Source: Trichoplax sp. H2 (lineage: Eukaryota). From it: a DNA stretch of 64,000 nt. Below are positions 50,801 to 64,000 of this stretch, piece after piece. The position numbers and the translations under genes were made by a program. The stretch lies in the NCBI GenBank assembly GCA_003344405.1, contig NOWV01000002.1, positions 1,054,001 to 1,118,000 of the forward strand, read 5' to 3'. The notes beneath the pieces are model-generated. The model was not told the origin of the DNA and made no database searches. It saw only the letters and a list, made by a program, of their open reading frames with translations. Position 1 is the stretch's first letter. Each line of letters starts with the position of its first letter.

Positions 50801-53800
50801 CATACACCAAGCCAATTTATCTCTTACTCCATTATCTCAATTTATAAAGAATAATGCTATTAGAGTATACGCAAATTTTTACCATATCGAAACGTATTTC
50901 GTCCGAAGAATAGGATTCTTTGTGCTTAAGCATCAACAGTTTAGCAGCGCTAGCTATTACATTTTGCATGTTACCAACTGATTGTACCAACCTGGAAGTT
51001 ATCGGATATAATATAGGTAGTAAATATTAACTGAATTCAAATAGTCTAATATTCGTAAATTAAGGTACCTGTTGCCATAATCAACAACAACATGATCTTT
51101 CGCTGTTCCTGTAATCCCGTCATGGTGTTGGAAAAGACCTAGATTCCTTCGACTTTTTACCAGTAAATTAAATTGATTAGTAGCAAATTTTGCAATCTTT
51201 TCTTGATTTGCTATTCTCGATGCAATACTGTAAGCAATTTCCGCGGCCCTAAAAGAACACATAAAAATAAATTTTAATTAATGATATTGTGTAAAGGCAA
51301 CACCACACTATTTCAGCTATATATCACTAGTCTGCAAAGTAATTTCGCCGAGGATTACTCACCGATGTTTTGTCTCGAGCACTCGATCTAAGTTCTTATA
51401 AAACGGACGAGATGTATAGTATCCGCTCCAATAGTGCTCATCACTATGATTTTTAAAATGTTTAATAAGATACAAATCTATCAATATTTCGGTGAGAGTA
51501 AGCTTTTTCAATTTCGTATCAACTAACCGATCAGCATATGTCATAAAGTCGCCACCAAGCTTGGGATATCCTTTCGGAGAGCCGTCGTCGTTTTTGCCTA
51601 CGTAAAGAAATTTCATCCATTTTAAGGCTAGCCATTTAAGTCACGTAAGACTCAATTACAGTGTTTTACAATATTGTAAATACTATCTTACCCGTTGTTT
51701 TTAGCAGCGCATTAAAGTAATCGGATAATGTTCCAAACTGAATCTATATAAGAAAGCAACAAGGATGCTAAGAATAGATATAAACGTTCCAGTATCAAGG
51801 TTACTTAATGAATTGGTGCATACACATACCTTGACCTTTAATTCTGGTTTAGAGTTTAAATACTGGAATAATTTCTAAGATAAAAAGTTCGGTACTGTTA
51901 CTAACACACGAGGGAATTTAATTGAAACTGGCCATTTATCTTAAAATTTAAACGCACTTCATAATTTGTAAACTGTCGAACTGGTTCCTGTGGGTCAGCG
52001 TATCTAAAATCATCTCCAAGTGGGGCGAGAACTACGTTCGAGCGGTATAATCGTGACTTCTTTCGATATTGTTCCAGTAGCATCATTGCTCTACACAATA
52101 CGATGATTCAGCAATACGCGTAGATATAATTAGTTAAAAAAATTAACAGTAATACACGTATTTTATTTCAAATAGTAATTTATATGCAATAGCGGTAGCA
52201 GACTACCTTTGCTGAACATTTCTAGGACTTATAGGTTGTGGTGGAATATTCCAGGGACACCAAATGCCTCCTCCTGGTAATCGTTGGAAATCGAACTGAC
52301 AACAAACCTATCGACATTAAAAATAGTAAATCAAGGAAAATGTTAAGTAGTACGTACTGTAGAATCATTATTAATATCTTGCAGAGTGGAGTATGAACTA
52401 ACCGCTGGGTCTGGGCCGCAAGTATGCGGTATGTCATAGCTATAGAACGGCATAACATGGCAAAGAATATCGGTATCGGTTCCATGATCTAACAGTTAAC
52501 AAAATTAAACAAATAAAAATAAGGATCTGAAAGGGCGGTGTCGTTAATTGTAAAATTGATCTAAGTTATTCAACTTACCCCAGTTTTGGCGCCACATAAA
52601 TTCTAACTGTTTCTTTTGCGCTAAATATTTCTTAACAGAGTAGTGAACACGCTGAATTAACATTGCATCCATTCCCATCCGTTTCAATAAATAAGCCATG
52701 GTTGGCGTATATCCAAAGGGATCAATTGACCAGCTAACGCGAGGTTTGATACCAATATTAAGCCGTACCCATTCATGACCTTCAATCATTTGATCGATCA
52801 TTGCATAATAGTTGGTATTTGCTTCATCGTTCATGACCCATCCTCCAGTAACAATTTCCAATTGTCCATTTTTTACTAACCTTGTATCCGTTAAAATAAA
52901 ATATGGAAACGACAGAGTGTCAACTATATTTATAAATGTTCTTGTAACGTTATATAATACAAAAATTAATCATTAAGCGATAAAATAAATGAGCTGTACC
53001 TCTTGAAGGATTCTCGTTGACTACTACTAGCATCGTTCCACCATAGCGATAAAAATGATATTTCTGCCCAGATAAACTTTCTATTTGGATTGCCAATTAA
53101 ATTTGCAACAACATTGCTGATAATGTGTTTAGATTGATCCATATAATATCGTTGGAAGGTCTTGATCCAACCTGTTTTATACAATGGATATGTATTATTT
53201 TTAGCCATTGATTCATACATTGAAGATCAAGAGCCTGACCACCGTTCTATTAGATTGCTGCTTTTTGGCCGTACTAGGAACTAAATTGTATTTATCGATT
53301 CGGAAGGTAGATATACTGTACTTGGTAAATTGAAATGAATGTAACATACTTAAAATTGTTTTTAGTATAGTCATTGAATACTTTCGAGAGGAAAATGTTG
53401 ACAAAATGGTATATAATCTTACCTGGATCATTATGAGAATGTGGTACAACAAATACTTGTAGAATTTCGTTATCAAATGCTCCAGATGGAACACTAATAT
53501 CCCAGCCTTGTTTCCAGGCGCCACCATCTGGATTGTCAAATGGTATGATTTTGTAAATGTCTAGCATCTGTTGAAACGAATCAATGTTGAAACATTAGTA
53601 TTCTTAAAATACATTGAATGTTAACTTTACATTTGTCTAAAATCGGGTGATTCACAAATAATGATATGCAGATATCAATAACACACCAGGTTAGAAGTAC
53701 AGAGCTACAATTTAAATAAGTGAATTGTAAGATAATTAATTGCTAATATATTCGTTAGACGTAAGAGCGGAAGTATCAAATATTATCTGCAAAAATAGAC

Positions 53801-55843
53801 ATGATAGAATCTAGTACATTCAGTATAATAATCTGGTCTATCTTTTGTACGGATAGAATATAACGTAGAAATTATGTAATTTGTAAATTTTATTTTGTTG
53901 TAAAATTCTTATATAGCAAATTATTTTATTGACCTATGCGACAATTTTGAGTTAGCTATATTTCTCGTATTAACTATCAGCTATTAGCGATGAAGTATGC
54001 ATATATTAAAAGAGGAATATAGCTACTTTCTAAGATTGCGCAATTAATTCTACATTGGTCATCTAGTTTTTTGATTGCTCTATTACCTTGATATCGGCTG
54101 AAAGACCAGCTTCAGACTGTGCAAAACCGCAACCAGTTGAGTCAACCGATACTAATGCTTTAGACTTATAGTTGGTATTGTCTAGTCCAGGCACTAGCGC
54201 ATTTTGAGTTTTCGTTAATGAACTCTTTAACTGGTCGATCTCTTCATTTAATTTTACGAGCTTGTTCTATACAGCGTGTATGTAAATGGAAAAAGATACA
54301 AAACATTAGTAATTGTTACTTCTTAAGTAACTTAATTCATACTTATCAATGTTGCATAACCTAATGGACTATTCTATAATATAAAAATTATGATCGTATA
54401 CCCTTTGTATAGTGAATTGTTGATGCGATTATATACATACGTTGTAATTTGTCTAGATTATCTTAAAATCGATCATATTACGTCATTTCAGCATTTATTG
54501 TGCAAGCTAAAGGTAATTTTTTCCGGTTTATCTAGACTTAATATGACATGATAGAATGATGATATAGGCCTATTTTAATCTCCTTTCATCTCTTCCCTTG
54601 TATTGAATTAGGCGCCTAGAACTCTGTCTTGATCTCCAGTACGATTGCAAATAACTCAATGAAGTTATTAATTATTACAATAGATATCTAAGATATTCTT
54701 TAAATAATTATGCATGTACATAATAAGTTGCTAAATTTATACTACGATAGCAGACTGATCTAATGCCCAATATATTATTTGTAAGCAATAGTTCTATACT
54801 GTATTATTATGATAGCCTGCTGTAATGACAAATTACATTCGGTCACTACAGCACTGCTATACATTACAGTATTAATTTTAAGCTGTAGCTTTTTCAAAAT
54901 GACAATTATTAGGTATTATTTTTAGTTCATTTTAAGAGATATTATAATGATTGATGATCGTTAACATAGGATCTTTTAGTAAGAAAATGGCATCAATCTT
55001 ATACAATGATATATAATAGTTGTGTTACAGCTACGGTTGAGTCAGTATTGATATTTATTGTTTATAGCGCTTGAACCTTTTTCGTAGATTATTAACTATC
55101 CAGCAATAATCTTCTAAAATGATCTAGTTCTATTACTACTATGGTTGAATGTATTGATGCAGAATGCTGTTTACTATCAAAAGCCATTTCACTTTTCTCG
55201 TTGATAATTCATTTCACTACCATGATAACTTTACCCTTAGCTCTGTAGGCGATATGTATGTTATATATATATATATATATATGTAAACAATTGGACATTG
55301 ATAATGCAATTAGGTACCGTAGAATAGGATCGTTTGCAATGTCAAGTTGTAGCAGAAATTACAGTTTCATCTCTACCAGCTAATCGTATATTTCTTAAAT
55401 CTGGATAGCGTTGCAGCTAAACTGATGACTACTGAATATTCTTCTTTTCTATCTTATCATGCTTACATTGACTTCTACAGACAGCATGTGTAGTTTTGGC
55501 AAAAAGACAGCTAAGTTAGTACAAGTTATCCAAACATGGAGAGTAAGATTCGTCAAAATTGATGAATATCGATCGACTCATCTGTCGACACCAACAGTAG
55601 CGTATCCATCTATCGTGTATCGATGATGATGATATATTATGCACTAGGTTAGGCATCAAGCGGAAAGAACAAATTACTATCCAGTTCTTGATGTAACGAC
55701 TGACATCAAAAGCAACACCTTACCTTTGTTTCATGGATCGTGTTGTCAGTGTCGGGCTGAGCCATTTGATCGACAACCATATGCATAGTAAAGAACATGA
55801 CAAGAAAAACTCCTGCACTAAATAACAAGACTCTCCGTTTCAT
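47840..55843 (-). CDS. MAN2A: Golgi alpha-mannosidase II (GH38), multi-exon; first exon 55843-55724, second 54266-54087, last ending at the stop at 47840
   Basis: Type II signal anchor [24 protein letters not shown]. Motifs [27 protein letters not shown] (nucleophile), LGDDFRY (acid/base), [40 protein letters not shown], and C-terminal [15 protein letters not shown]. Confidence 0.96.
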
Positions 55844-56229
55844 GATGGACTTGATGATGTACAGCTAATGGACAAATTGAATACGCGTCTGAGATGATCG
55901 GTGCAGTTGATGAGGAAATTCAGAAAAGGACTGTCCTTGAAGAGTGGACTTTTCCTCCTATCCTTCAATAACGATCTAATTCAAGATAGGTAGAGAAGTA
56001 AATACCAATGGACTAAGCTAGGCGAACTACACTAAGGATTACATGGAATAGAGTCTGCTAATAAAGTCAAAAAACTCGTCCAATGCATTCAAATTCCACC
56101 ATCTACCCCACTGCTACCAAGGCGATTATCGCAAGGTCAATACGCGAATCGTGGAAGAAAGCAACCTCAGCCCTCAGGTAGGAGGCAGAAGTTGGTAGGT
56201 GGTGGGCTGATGTCAGCAGCCGCAAAATA

Positions 56230-56540
56230 TCCAGTCGTGTACAGTCTGGTCCGGTACGGTTCGGTACAGTACAGTATACCAGTACCGTACTGTACGCAGT
56301 ACAGTACACTCCGTACAGTGATATGTTACAAAAGAACACGACTGCACTGTACACTGTAAAAATTAGAGGCAAAACTGCAAAGAGCAGACTCAGTTCGATC
56401 ACTTCGTTGACACTGCCTCGATATGGAGACACTCGGTGCGCCAGTCACCTTGCGTACAGGACAATAGAAAGTCAGTAAAAACGGTGTCTAGTTTCTGACC
56501 AGTACTGTACCGTACCGTATCGTACCGTACCGTATTGTCA
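56230..56540. repeat. TACAG/TACCG pentamer arrays at the MAN2A promoter region
   Basis: ggtacagtacagtataccagtaccgtactgtac (~56263-56295) and agtactgtaccgtaccgtatcgtaccgtaccgta (56501-56534). Confidence 0.85.
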
Positions 56541-57182
56541 TGATCACATCACCACTTTTGGATGGTCTGGATATTTTGGGTGGCTTGCGTGTGCGTCATT
56601 CGTGCACTTACTATACTAAATTAATTAATTTAAGAACTCTATAGACTGTATAGTACGGTGGCTCATTAAGCTGGATTTCAATCGAAATTAATGTGGCTTA
56701 ATGGAAGCATCAACAGCTTGGAGAAGACTTCCATAAATCTACAAAGCAATGTGAACAAAGTATTGCAGTAATGGCGATCAATCCTAAATGACCTAGTGTA
56801 GAATACAGTGTACAAAGACATGAATAACCCCAAAATTGACGGTCTCTAATGTACAATACATAGACTACGACTAGAGCTGTAAAAAACGAGAATCGTTTGC
56901 TCGAAGAGATTCCACTCTACGCACTGTCAGTATTAATGGGTCAACGAGTTCGTACCCGCTCTTTGAACTTTTTTCAAATAGAGAGGATGGATAATTTCTT
57001 CTTTACAACAAAAAAAAAGAATCAGCAAGCAACTTCTCTTGCACAAGCTACTTAATAGAAGATAGCATTTCGTAACTGATCGCAGATTCGCTCTACTGTA
57101 CTGTACAGCTATCTAATATGAAGTATACTGTAGCAGTGTATGCTTTCACTTCACAGGCCCGCAGACCATGAAATAGGATCGT

Positions 57183-57580
57183 CATGGACTAGTGGACTAC
57201 GGGGGAAAAACGTCATTTTTCTCTTGTCCATAACTTCATAGTTATACGTACAATCGAACAGCTTCCAGTATCAGCAGAGGATAGAAATTTGACTCTTGAA
57301 AACTACTGTTAATTAAATGATTAGTCTAAGCCATGCTTGTTTACAAAGTAGAATACGATACTTGTATTTCAGTTCAATAAGACTGTACTGTACGATACTG
57401 AGCTACATGAGGGATTTTTCAAGTACACCGATACTACTTGCATACGCCAGTAGACAGCATAAATGGAAATATATTTCAGTTTTATATGCGTATGTCCGGT
57501 AGGTAACACTGTTGAAGGTTCACTTTGACAGTGTATCGGGACTACTAGATATACCATCGAATGCATCTAGTAGTCCATGG
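57183..57580. mobile_element. Second GGACTAC-hairpin element related to 33146-33548
   Basis: catggacta at 57183. Hairpin ggactactagat/atctagtagtcc at 57539-57576. tctagtagtccatgg (57566-57580) is identical to 33179-33193. Confidence 0.5.
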
Positions 57581-58463
57581 TGATATACGCCTCTGTGTAG
57601 CCTTCACAATGAGAGACTTTCCTATAGACTTTGTACTTGTAGTGCCGCGCCATTTTGAAAATTCCTTCAGTATGAACTCGTTAAGTAATACTCTAATTAT
57701 AAATACTTCAGTGAAGTAAGCGAGATCTTACAGTACTGCATAGGTTTCTACGCATCTGTCTATCACAGTCGAGGCCAAAAATTAATTGGATATGACATCA
57801 TTCTATGCGTTTTACAGACCCAATGACTACTATGCATGTAGTGGGTTACAAGATATTCAAAAATGAACAAAACATACTAGCAAATTACCACTACCAAAAT
57901 GAATAAGCATTGGATAAACTGTAAAAGCAAGAAAGCGTTTAGCAATTAAAAATCACCGCCATCGACAACTACGGTATTTGATGGACTACAGCAATGTAAT
58001 TGAAACTCTCATGCTGTCTAGATATCATACGTAATCTGGCCTACTCTATTCCATCTTACCAAGTACTACATCCAATAGGAGAATTGTGATATTGACAATG
58101 ATTTACTATAATCATCACATAAGCATACACTGTACAATAGTATACATACATACCTTCAATAATTTCTGAAATTATTGTAACACACGCAATGATGAATATG
58201 AAATATAAATTTCTTACGCGTATACTTGAACAGTTACGCAACAAGAATAATTTTAACCACACGTATTACGTGAATATTAGGTATAGGATGCATAACAGAA
58301 GTGATAAATAGCAATTAAATTGAGACAGAGGAAAGATAAAATTTCATAGCCTTTGTTTTAAGATCATTTAAGTTCAAATTCATCGAATTTTTCATTTGAT
58401 TGTTATCAAGGCATCATTGATCAAAGGAAATTAATTACATTATTATACTACTAGATCGGTAAA

Positions 58464-61400
58464 TCATAACTGGGATTCATAACATTTTTGTTCACCATTA
58501 GGAACTCGAGTTCTATATAAAATAGAATCAACTCGAAATTGCGAAAATATCAGAGGCATATAACCGTAAATTTGTGCGAAATAGTTTACACAAGAGTTTC
58601 GTTTCTTAAAATGATTGACATCTCGGGTCAAGGTGGTTTCACAAGTTGGGCAGTTAAAATTCCAACGAGAAGTTACCTATTGATGCAAAATAAAAATGAT
58701 CAATATAATCTCGAGTAGAATCACTCCAGAAGCTTTCTATGATTCTCATCAAAACGGTATATTTCTTCTCTAAATAAAATACTCGGCACACTATATCGGG
58801 AAAGAATACTATTCCAAATACCTCTATACCAATCAAATTGATCTGCGTCTAGTATACGCATCATTGCGTTATGTTACCTTAATTGGAGGTTTGCCCGTGA
58901 TGTGAGAAATTAAAAAATTCATAGCTATGTCTTCACAATTCATAATTTCATCTACTCTCCTTCGAATACCTTCTGGCATTGTGAACGTATACAGGAACAG
59001 GTAATACTAGTTTCATAGAAATTATATTTTCCATTTTTACAAACATTGTACAGGAAGTATAGGTAAGGGAAGATTGAGATTAACTAGTTTGTTTATAAAT
59101 TTGTTTATGTCCTCTAACCTTATGTATAAAGGCAGCACCAGTCAACACCATAGATAATTGGCAAGTTTTATTAGAATCATAAGACCATCTATTAGTTAGC
59201 TTATTCCAGGTGTGATGTCTAGCCGGAAAGCCGACAATTCTATCTCTTGACTCTCGCCATACACTTTCAAATAGAAACAGTTTATTAGAGATAGCAAAAA
59301 CTCTACTAAAATCGTAAATAAATACAATTAGTAAGGAAATACAGTAGTTTGGACACCTTTCTCATGTATTACAATTATCATAGGGAATACAATTCTTATT
59401 TTAATATCTTATTCGTCTACAATTCTAACCGAAATGCAAAGTCAATTTCATCTGCATTGAGATCGACATCATCATCTAGTGACAGGACAGCTTCCGTTTC
59501 AACAGCATTAAATGGAAAAAATCGATCATTTAAGCTATTTCTCTTGGATTTGAAGACCTAAATTAGGAAGGTAATTGCAGCAAGAACAAATCATACCAAT
59601 AGTAAGTAAGTCATATAGTTTACTTTAACGATACAGGTATTAAGCATAGCTTTGAGATAAATGCTATGGGCTATACAATTTACGTCCAAAAGCAAGTACG
59701 TATACTACAGAAGCATATACTATAACATGGTAGCATCATAGACTAATAAAAGACTAGTATACATGCTGCAAAAATACGTATACATAAGTTGGTAAATCGT
59801 ATGACGTCTACTATTATTCGCATAACGCTAACACGTAATTTTATTTACTTACGTAGATAGGTATATCTGAATGAGGCCACTGAAAATGCTTGGCATATTT
59901 ATTGTATTCATTCCACACTACAATAATCTTGTTAAGATACAGTAAACGGCTCAAATTGATCAAACGTTGGCGTAAAATATTGGGTCGATTATGAGTTAAT
60001 ATAATAATTGTAAATTGCTCTAATGGGTAATTTCCTCCCAAGTGCTTACTAAACATTTTTCCAGTTGCGGTTCCACCATTATTGATGGGTTGAAAGCCTT
60101 TCCCAAATCCGTTAAATTGCGAGTCGGTCGGTAGAAAGCTATTATCAGCTGTGAAAGGGTAAAGCCAATAAGGCCCAGGAGCTTTATTCCATGCGTTATA
60201 AAAGTTAGTAGAATAATTTCTCGTATAACTAGTTGAAGGAATTGATGGCATGGACTTGTCGATATTGATCACATTGTTTAAAGAATATTTACTATTAGAG
60301 AATTGGTCTTGGATAAATGTATCAACAGGATAGGCAGGTAGATGCAATCTTGTCCGCAACAATGCTAGAGTTGCATGTAAAACATTCTCACTGTTACTGA
60401 AATACGTATGATAAATAAATTGACAATGTGATCGTTTTTTTAGGATGTCCGAGTTGGAAATGGCCATTAATACTGCAGTCATTTCTGGAAGCCGAGTTAA
60501 AGGTAGCATTATCCCCGCTAAATTCCAGTCGATGTATTCAGCAAAGGGTAACATTTGAACTAGTGTCATCTTAATTGAGTGATCGGTAATAAAAATTGGA
60601 ATAGTGCCCGACGCTAGCGCATGCATTAAACGAGTTAGGGTACTAATGCAAGGACCATTATGTAGTATAATTAGGCTAAAGGTAGACTCTCTTAATTGCT
60701 TATCGACATTACCAGAGCATAAACTCCATTCAAATTTATGATAATATAATTTGTTCACTTTTTTACATTGGGTCTGAATATCCACTTTATTACCCATCAC
60801 TTTAGCAATATTGGATATATTACTTAATTGAGATCGCAAAAGTAGATTAATTGAATTATTAGCAATGATCTGTCCTCGAAAATGTAATAAATACTGCCGT
60901 TGTTTACTGATGGTAAATGGACGACGTGGTCCTGAATCGATCAATTTGCCATGATATTGTGGAAAGAGTTGCATGGGAGGGATTATGATATCGAAATTCA
61001 TTCTAGGTACAAAGTTGGCAAAATTTGACCCGGCTAGCATAGCATATCCAGTGTTTATTGATAGTAATTTTTGTATAGTCCACCCGATATCGACTAGTAA
61101 GTGATTTCTCCCATATCGATGCCAATAAGGCAATGAGTGTAAATAACCTTCTAAATCACGTCGAGTCGCAGCTGTCGAGTTAACAATAACAACGTATACG
61201 CAGGCAGCAGTTGCATTACGCGTCAGGAAAGGAATGGATTGAAAACTTTGGTTGGCTAGAACTGAATTAACATGATAACGAGATGGATAAATATAAGCAT
61301 TGAATATTTTTGTCAACGGGCAACGATCATAATGGAAACATCGTTGTAAATTGCAGTCGCGTAATACTTTGGTTGCATCCGATTTCCATGTTAAATCAAT

Positions 61401-61931
61401 TTTAATAGGCTTGCAAGGTGATAATTGTAGCTTGTTGTTGTACGATGGCCGGTCTAGATTGGTGAGTAATTCATTCAATAACGATATTTGAGATCGTTGA
61501 TGTTGAATAGTTTTCTTCAAGACATCACCATCTTTTTTGCATTGGCAACGTTTATCACGACCATTTACATTATTGGTATTAGGTCGTGCAAGTTTGAGTA
61601 ATTTCAATTCGGCAACATCACGATCCAACTGGAACCTTGTTGAGCTTAGTACTTTAATTTCGTTTTGTATTGCTACTTTGATCGAGCGCAATCGTTTAAC
61701 ACGTGCTTCTAAGCGCAAACAACAATCTATATTTTGTTGGCATTTATCCGCTTGAAAATGATGTTGGCAAGGAGTGCAGTTGTTATTCCTGTATAGGCTG
61801 ATAATCAACGATATGGATAATAAAGCAATTAGCACCAGCAAGTAAAAGACTCTTCCTCTTTTAAACGAATGAGCACATGTCTTGCCGACACGATAGGTCA
61901 GTAATGACCCAGAATAGCCTGATCGTGTCAT
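58464..61931 (-). CDS. EXTL3: Exostosin-like 3 glycosyltransferase (GT47 + GT64); exons 61931-59853, 59557-59430, 59263-59119, 59006-58878, 58676-58464
   Basis: Type II TM followed by a coiled coil, GT47 region, then GT64 with [74 protein letters not shown]. Large first coding exon typical of EXTL3. Confidence 0.95.
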
Positions 61932-62649
61932 TCGTTTGATTGGATTGGTAATTGATTAATAATATCGGTAATAATTGAAGTCCAAGTTGGGTAAAAACGA
62001 AGAGTCTTTGAAAAGGATATCACTGGCCAAAGTCATTCTACACAGGTATTGCAGAGATTGATAAGTTGGGCAAGCTGAGAGATCCTGGATAATTCATGAA
62101 TCCCTGTAAGATTGGAGTATGCACAGTACATCAACATTCAATTTTGTATCTTCGATCAATTCAGCATAAAAGAAAGACATGAAATTGTAGTCGCTAGCAA
62201 TATCCTTGACATTCGATTCAAGTGAACCACAATAGAGTCTATTCAAGATCTATACCTAATACCATTTACTCTTATCTGGAAGAATATATCCTGTGGACGA
62301 TAGTATCATTGCTTATCTATCTGACAGCCCATCTCTAAATAAATACACGAAGGTATACTATGAAATTGATGCACATCAAAGTAATCGGTGACCTTTACTA
62401 TTCCGTTGGACTTGAGAATTACAATATTGTTGAGCGATGGTTGATTGAATTGCTATTCGCTGTCACTTTTATTTTTCTTCTCGCTTTTTAAATGGTTGAA
62501 ATCTCGCGGTCAGTCCGATATTGATCAACTATGTCTATCTTTGTATCTCCTATCCGATTGGAATATCCAAGGCCATGATGGAGATTAGTGACAGAATTAT
62601 TTATTTATTAATTAATTAATAAAAATTCAAGCTACTGCCAGAACAAAAC

Positions 62650-63170
62650 AGCCGAAATACAGTACATTAAATCGCTTTCAGTATACCGTGCTGTACTCAG
62701 TGGAAAGCACTGTAGGGCAGAAGAACACTATAGGAGAGTACAGTACCTACTGAATGATATGTACTGTACTGTACACTGTACACTGTACTCTACAGTACTC
62801 AGTGTACAGTACTCAGTGTACAGTACTCAGTGTACAGTACTCAGTGTACAGTACTCACTGTACTGTACAGTACTGTACACTATCAGAGAGTGGGTGGTCC
62901 AAGCCTGTACACTGTACAGTACAGTATACAGTAGCAGCAAGTTTTACTATGTTCTGTAGCAAATCCATAAGTTTATGTAGATATAATGATTCAGTGTTAT
63001 TCAAAATTTACTTTTACTAACTAATATAGAATCTTCAGCTCATTAGCTACATGCTGGTATAAAATCAATACAGTTTTGATATTGATAATAGCATTTAAAT
63101 AGAATTCTTAAATTCTAAAGCGAACGTAAACATGCTGTACTGTACTGTAACAGTATCTGTACAGTCTACT
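62650..63170. repeat. Pentamer arrays at the EXTL3 promoter region, including a 14-bp tandem repeat (TACAGTACTCAGTG)x4 plus one variant at 62791-62860
   Basis: Read directly from the sequence. Confidence 0.9.
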
Positions 63171-63767
63171 GTATCAAGCCTCCATGAAGAAAACGACTGC
63201 GGCTTCTTTGTATCTTTTTCCTTTCAAGGATCGGCTTGCTAGATAGAGACCGCGACAAAAAGATACAAGAGAATGCCGACTTTCTTTGTTTCCACTACAG
63301 TAGAATGCCTGTGAATCAAACTAGTAAGGAAACATGCTCAATCGGGGATTATTAAAAGTAGAGAGTCTGCATTTCTTGATCAAAGATAAACTGGCAAAGG
63401 GAAGATTTTCCACGACAACAACAAGTGACTAACATGTTTTTCATCATATTCACCTACTGATCAACTTGACACAAATCTCTTGCCCTAAAATGACCGGACA
63501 ACGATCGAAGTGGAGAAAGCGCTTGTATCAAGTCTAAATTGTGCCCCCCCCCCAAAAAATGATTACCTACAGTACTGTTTTAAACAACTGCAAAATACAC
63601 ATAAACAATAATGATTATGTAATCATGTCAAGCAGGAAAATGAAGGCCCGCATCCATCGGTTAAGGAAATTCTCATATCAGTTAAATTGACCGAAAAAAA
63701 GTCATTGCGCACTATTTTATAAAACTGCAAAATTCACCCTTGAAAATCCTCTAGACGTAGAACACAC

Positions 63768-63810
63768 AATAATAATAATTAATAATAATAATAGCAATAA
63801 TAATAATAAT
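63768..63810. repeat. Imperfect (AAT)n microsatellite
   Basis: aataataataattaataataataatagcaataataataataat. Confidence 0.9.
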
Positions 63811-63838
63811 GGAATAATGGCGGTAAAATAAAGCTTCG

Positions 63839-64000
63839 CAGGGATTGTAAAGGAAATTCTCACACAATCTACTGTAAATTATCCCTCCCAAAAAAGTTGT
63901 TGCGTACTAATTTACAGGGATTGTGAAGGAAATTCTCACATTAGTCCAAATTATCCATAAAAATGTTATTGCGTACTAGCTTACAGAACTGTAAAATTTG
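63839..64000. repeat. Diverged ~70-76-bp tandem units running off the right edge
   Basis: cagggattgtRaaggaaattctcaca at 63839 and 63915. ttgcgtacta at ~63900 and ~63969. Related aaggaaattctca at 63663. Confidence 0.7.

Overview
AT-rich eukaryotic genomic DNA with short GT-AG introns. Gene content and intron sizes suggest an early-branching animal such as a placozoan; this is inferred, not established. Five conserved spliced genes can be reconstructed: G-alpha-q (+), a divergent atlastin (+), ANP32 (+), Golgi alpha-mannosidase II (-) and EXTL3 (-). There is also an intronless Sel1-repeat gene (-) and probably the 5' end of an unidentified gene at the left edge. Three less obvious features stand out. 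(1) Between ANP32 and MAN2A lies an apparently non-coding spliced host transcript (-) with three box C/D snoRNAs. Their guides hit conserved LSU rRNA 2'-O-methylation sites at the D+5 position (SNORD5-, snR65- and snR76/SNORD88-type). (2) Mosaic TA-CAG-TA / TA-CTG-TA / TA-CGG-TA pentamer arrays are piled at the promoters of the housekeeping genes. Two near-identical copies flanking an assembly gap differ almost only by gain or loss of these units, which match Tc1/mariner excision footprints. (3) An island at about 13-33 kb lacks these arrays and holds decayed reading frames (possible CARD-NTPase-LRR and LRR remnants) and a diverged ~200-bp tandem repeat. All translations, alignments and rRNA matches were done by eye, with rRNA sequences recalled from memory, and need computational confirmation.
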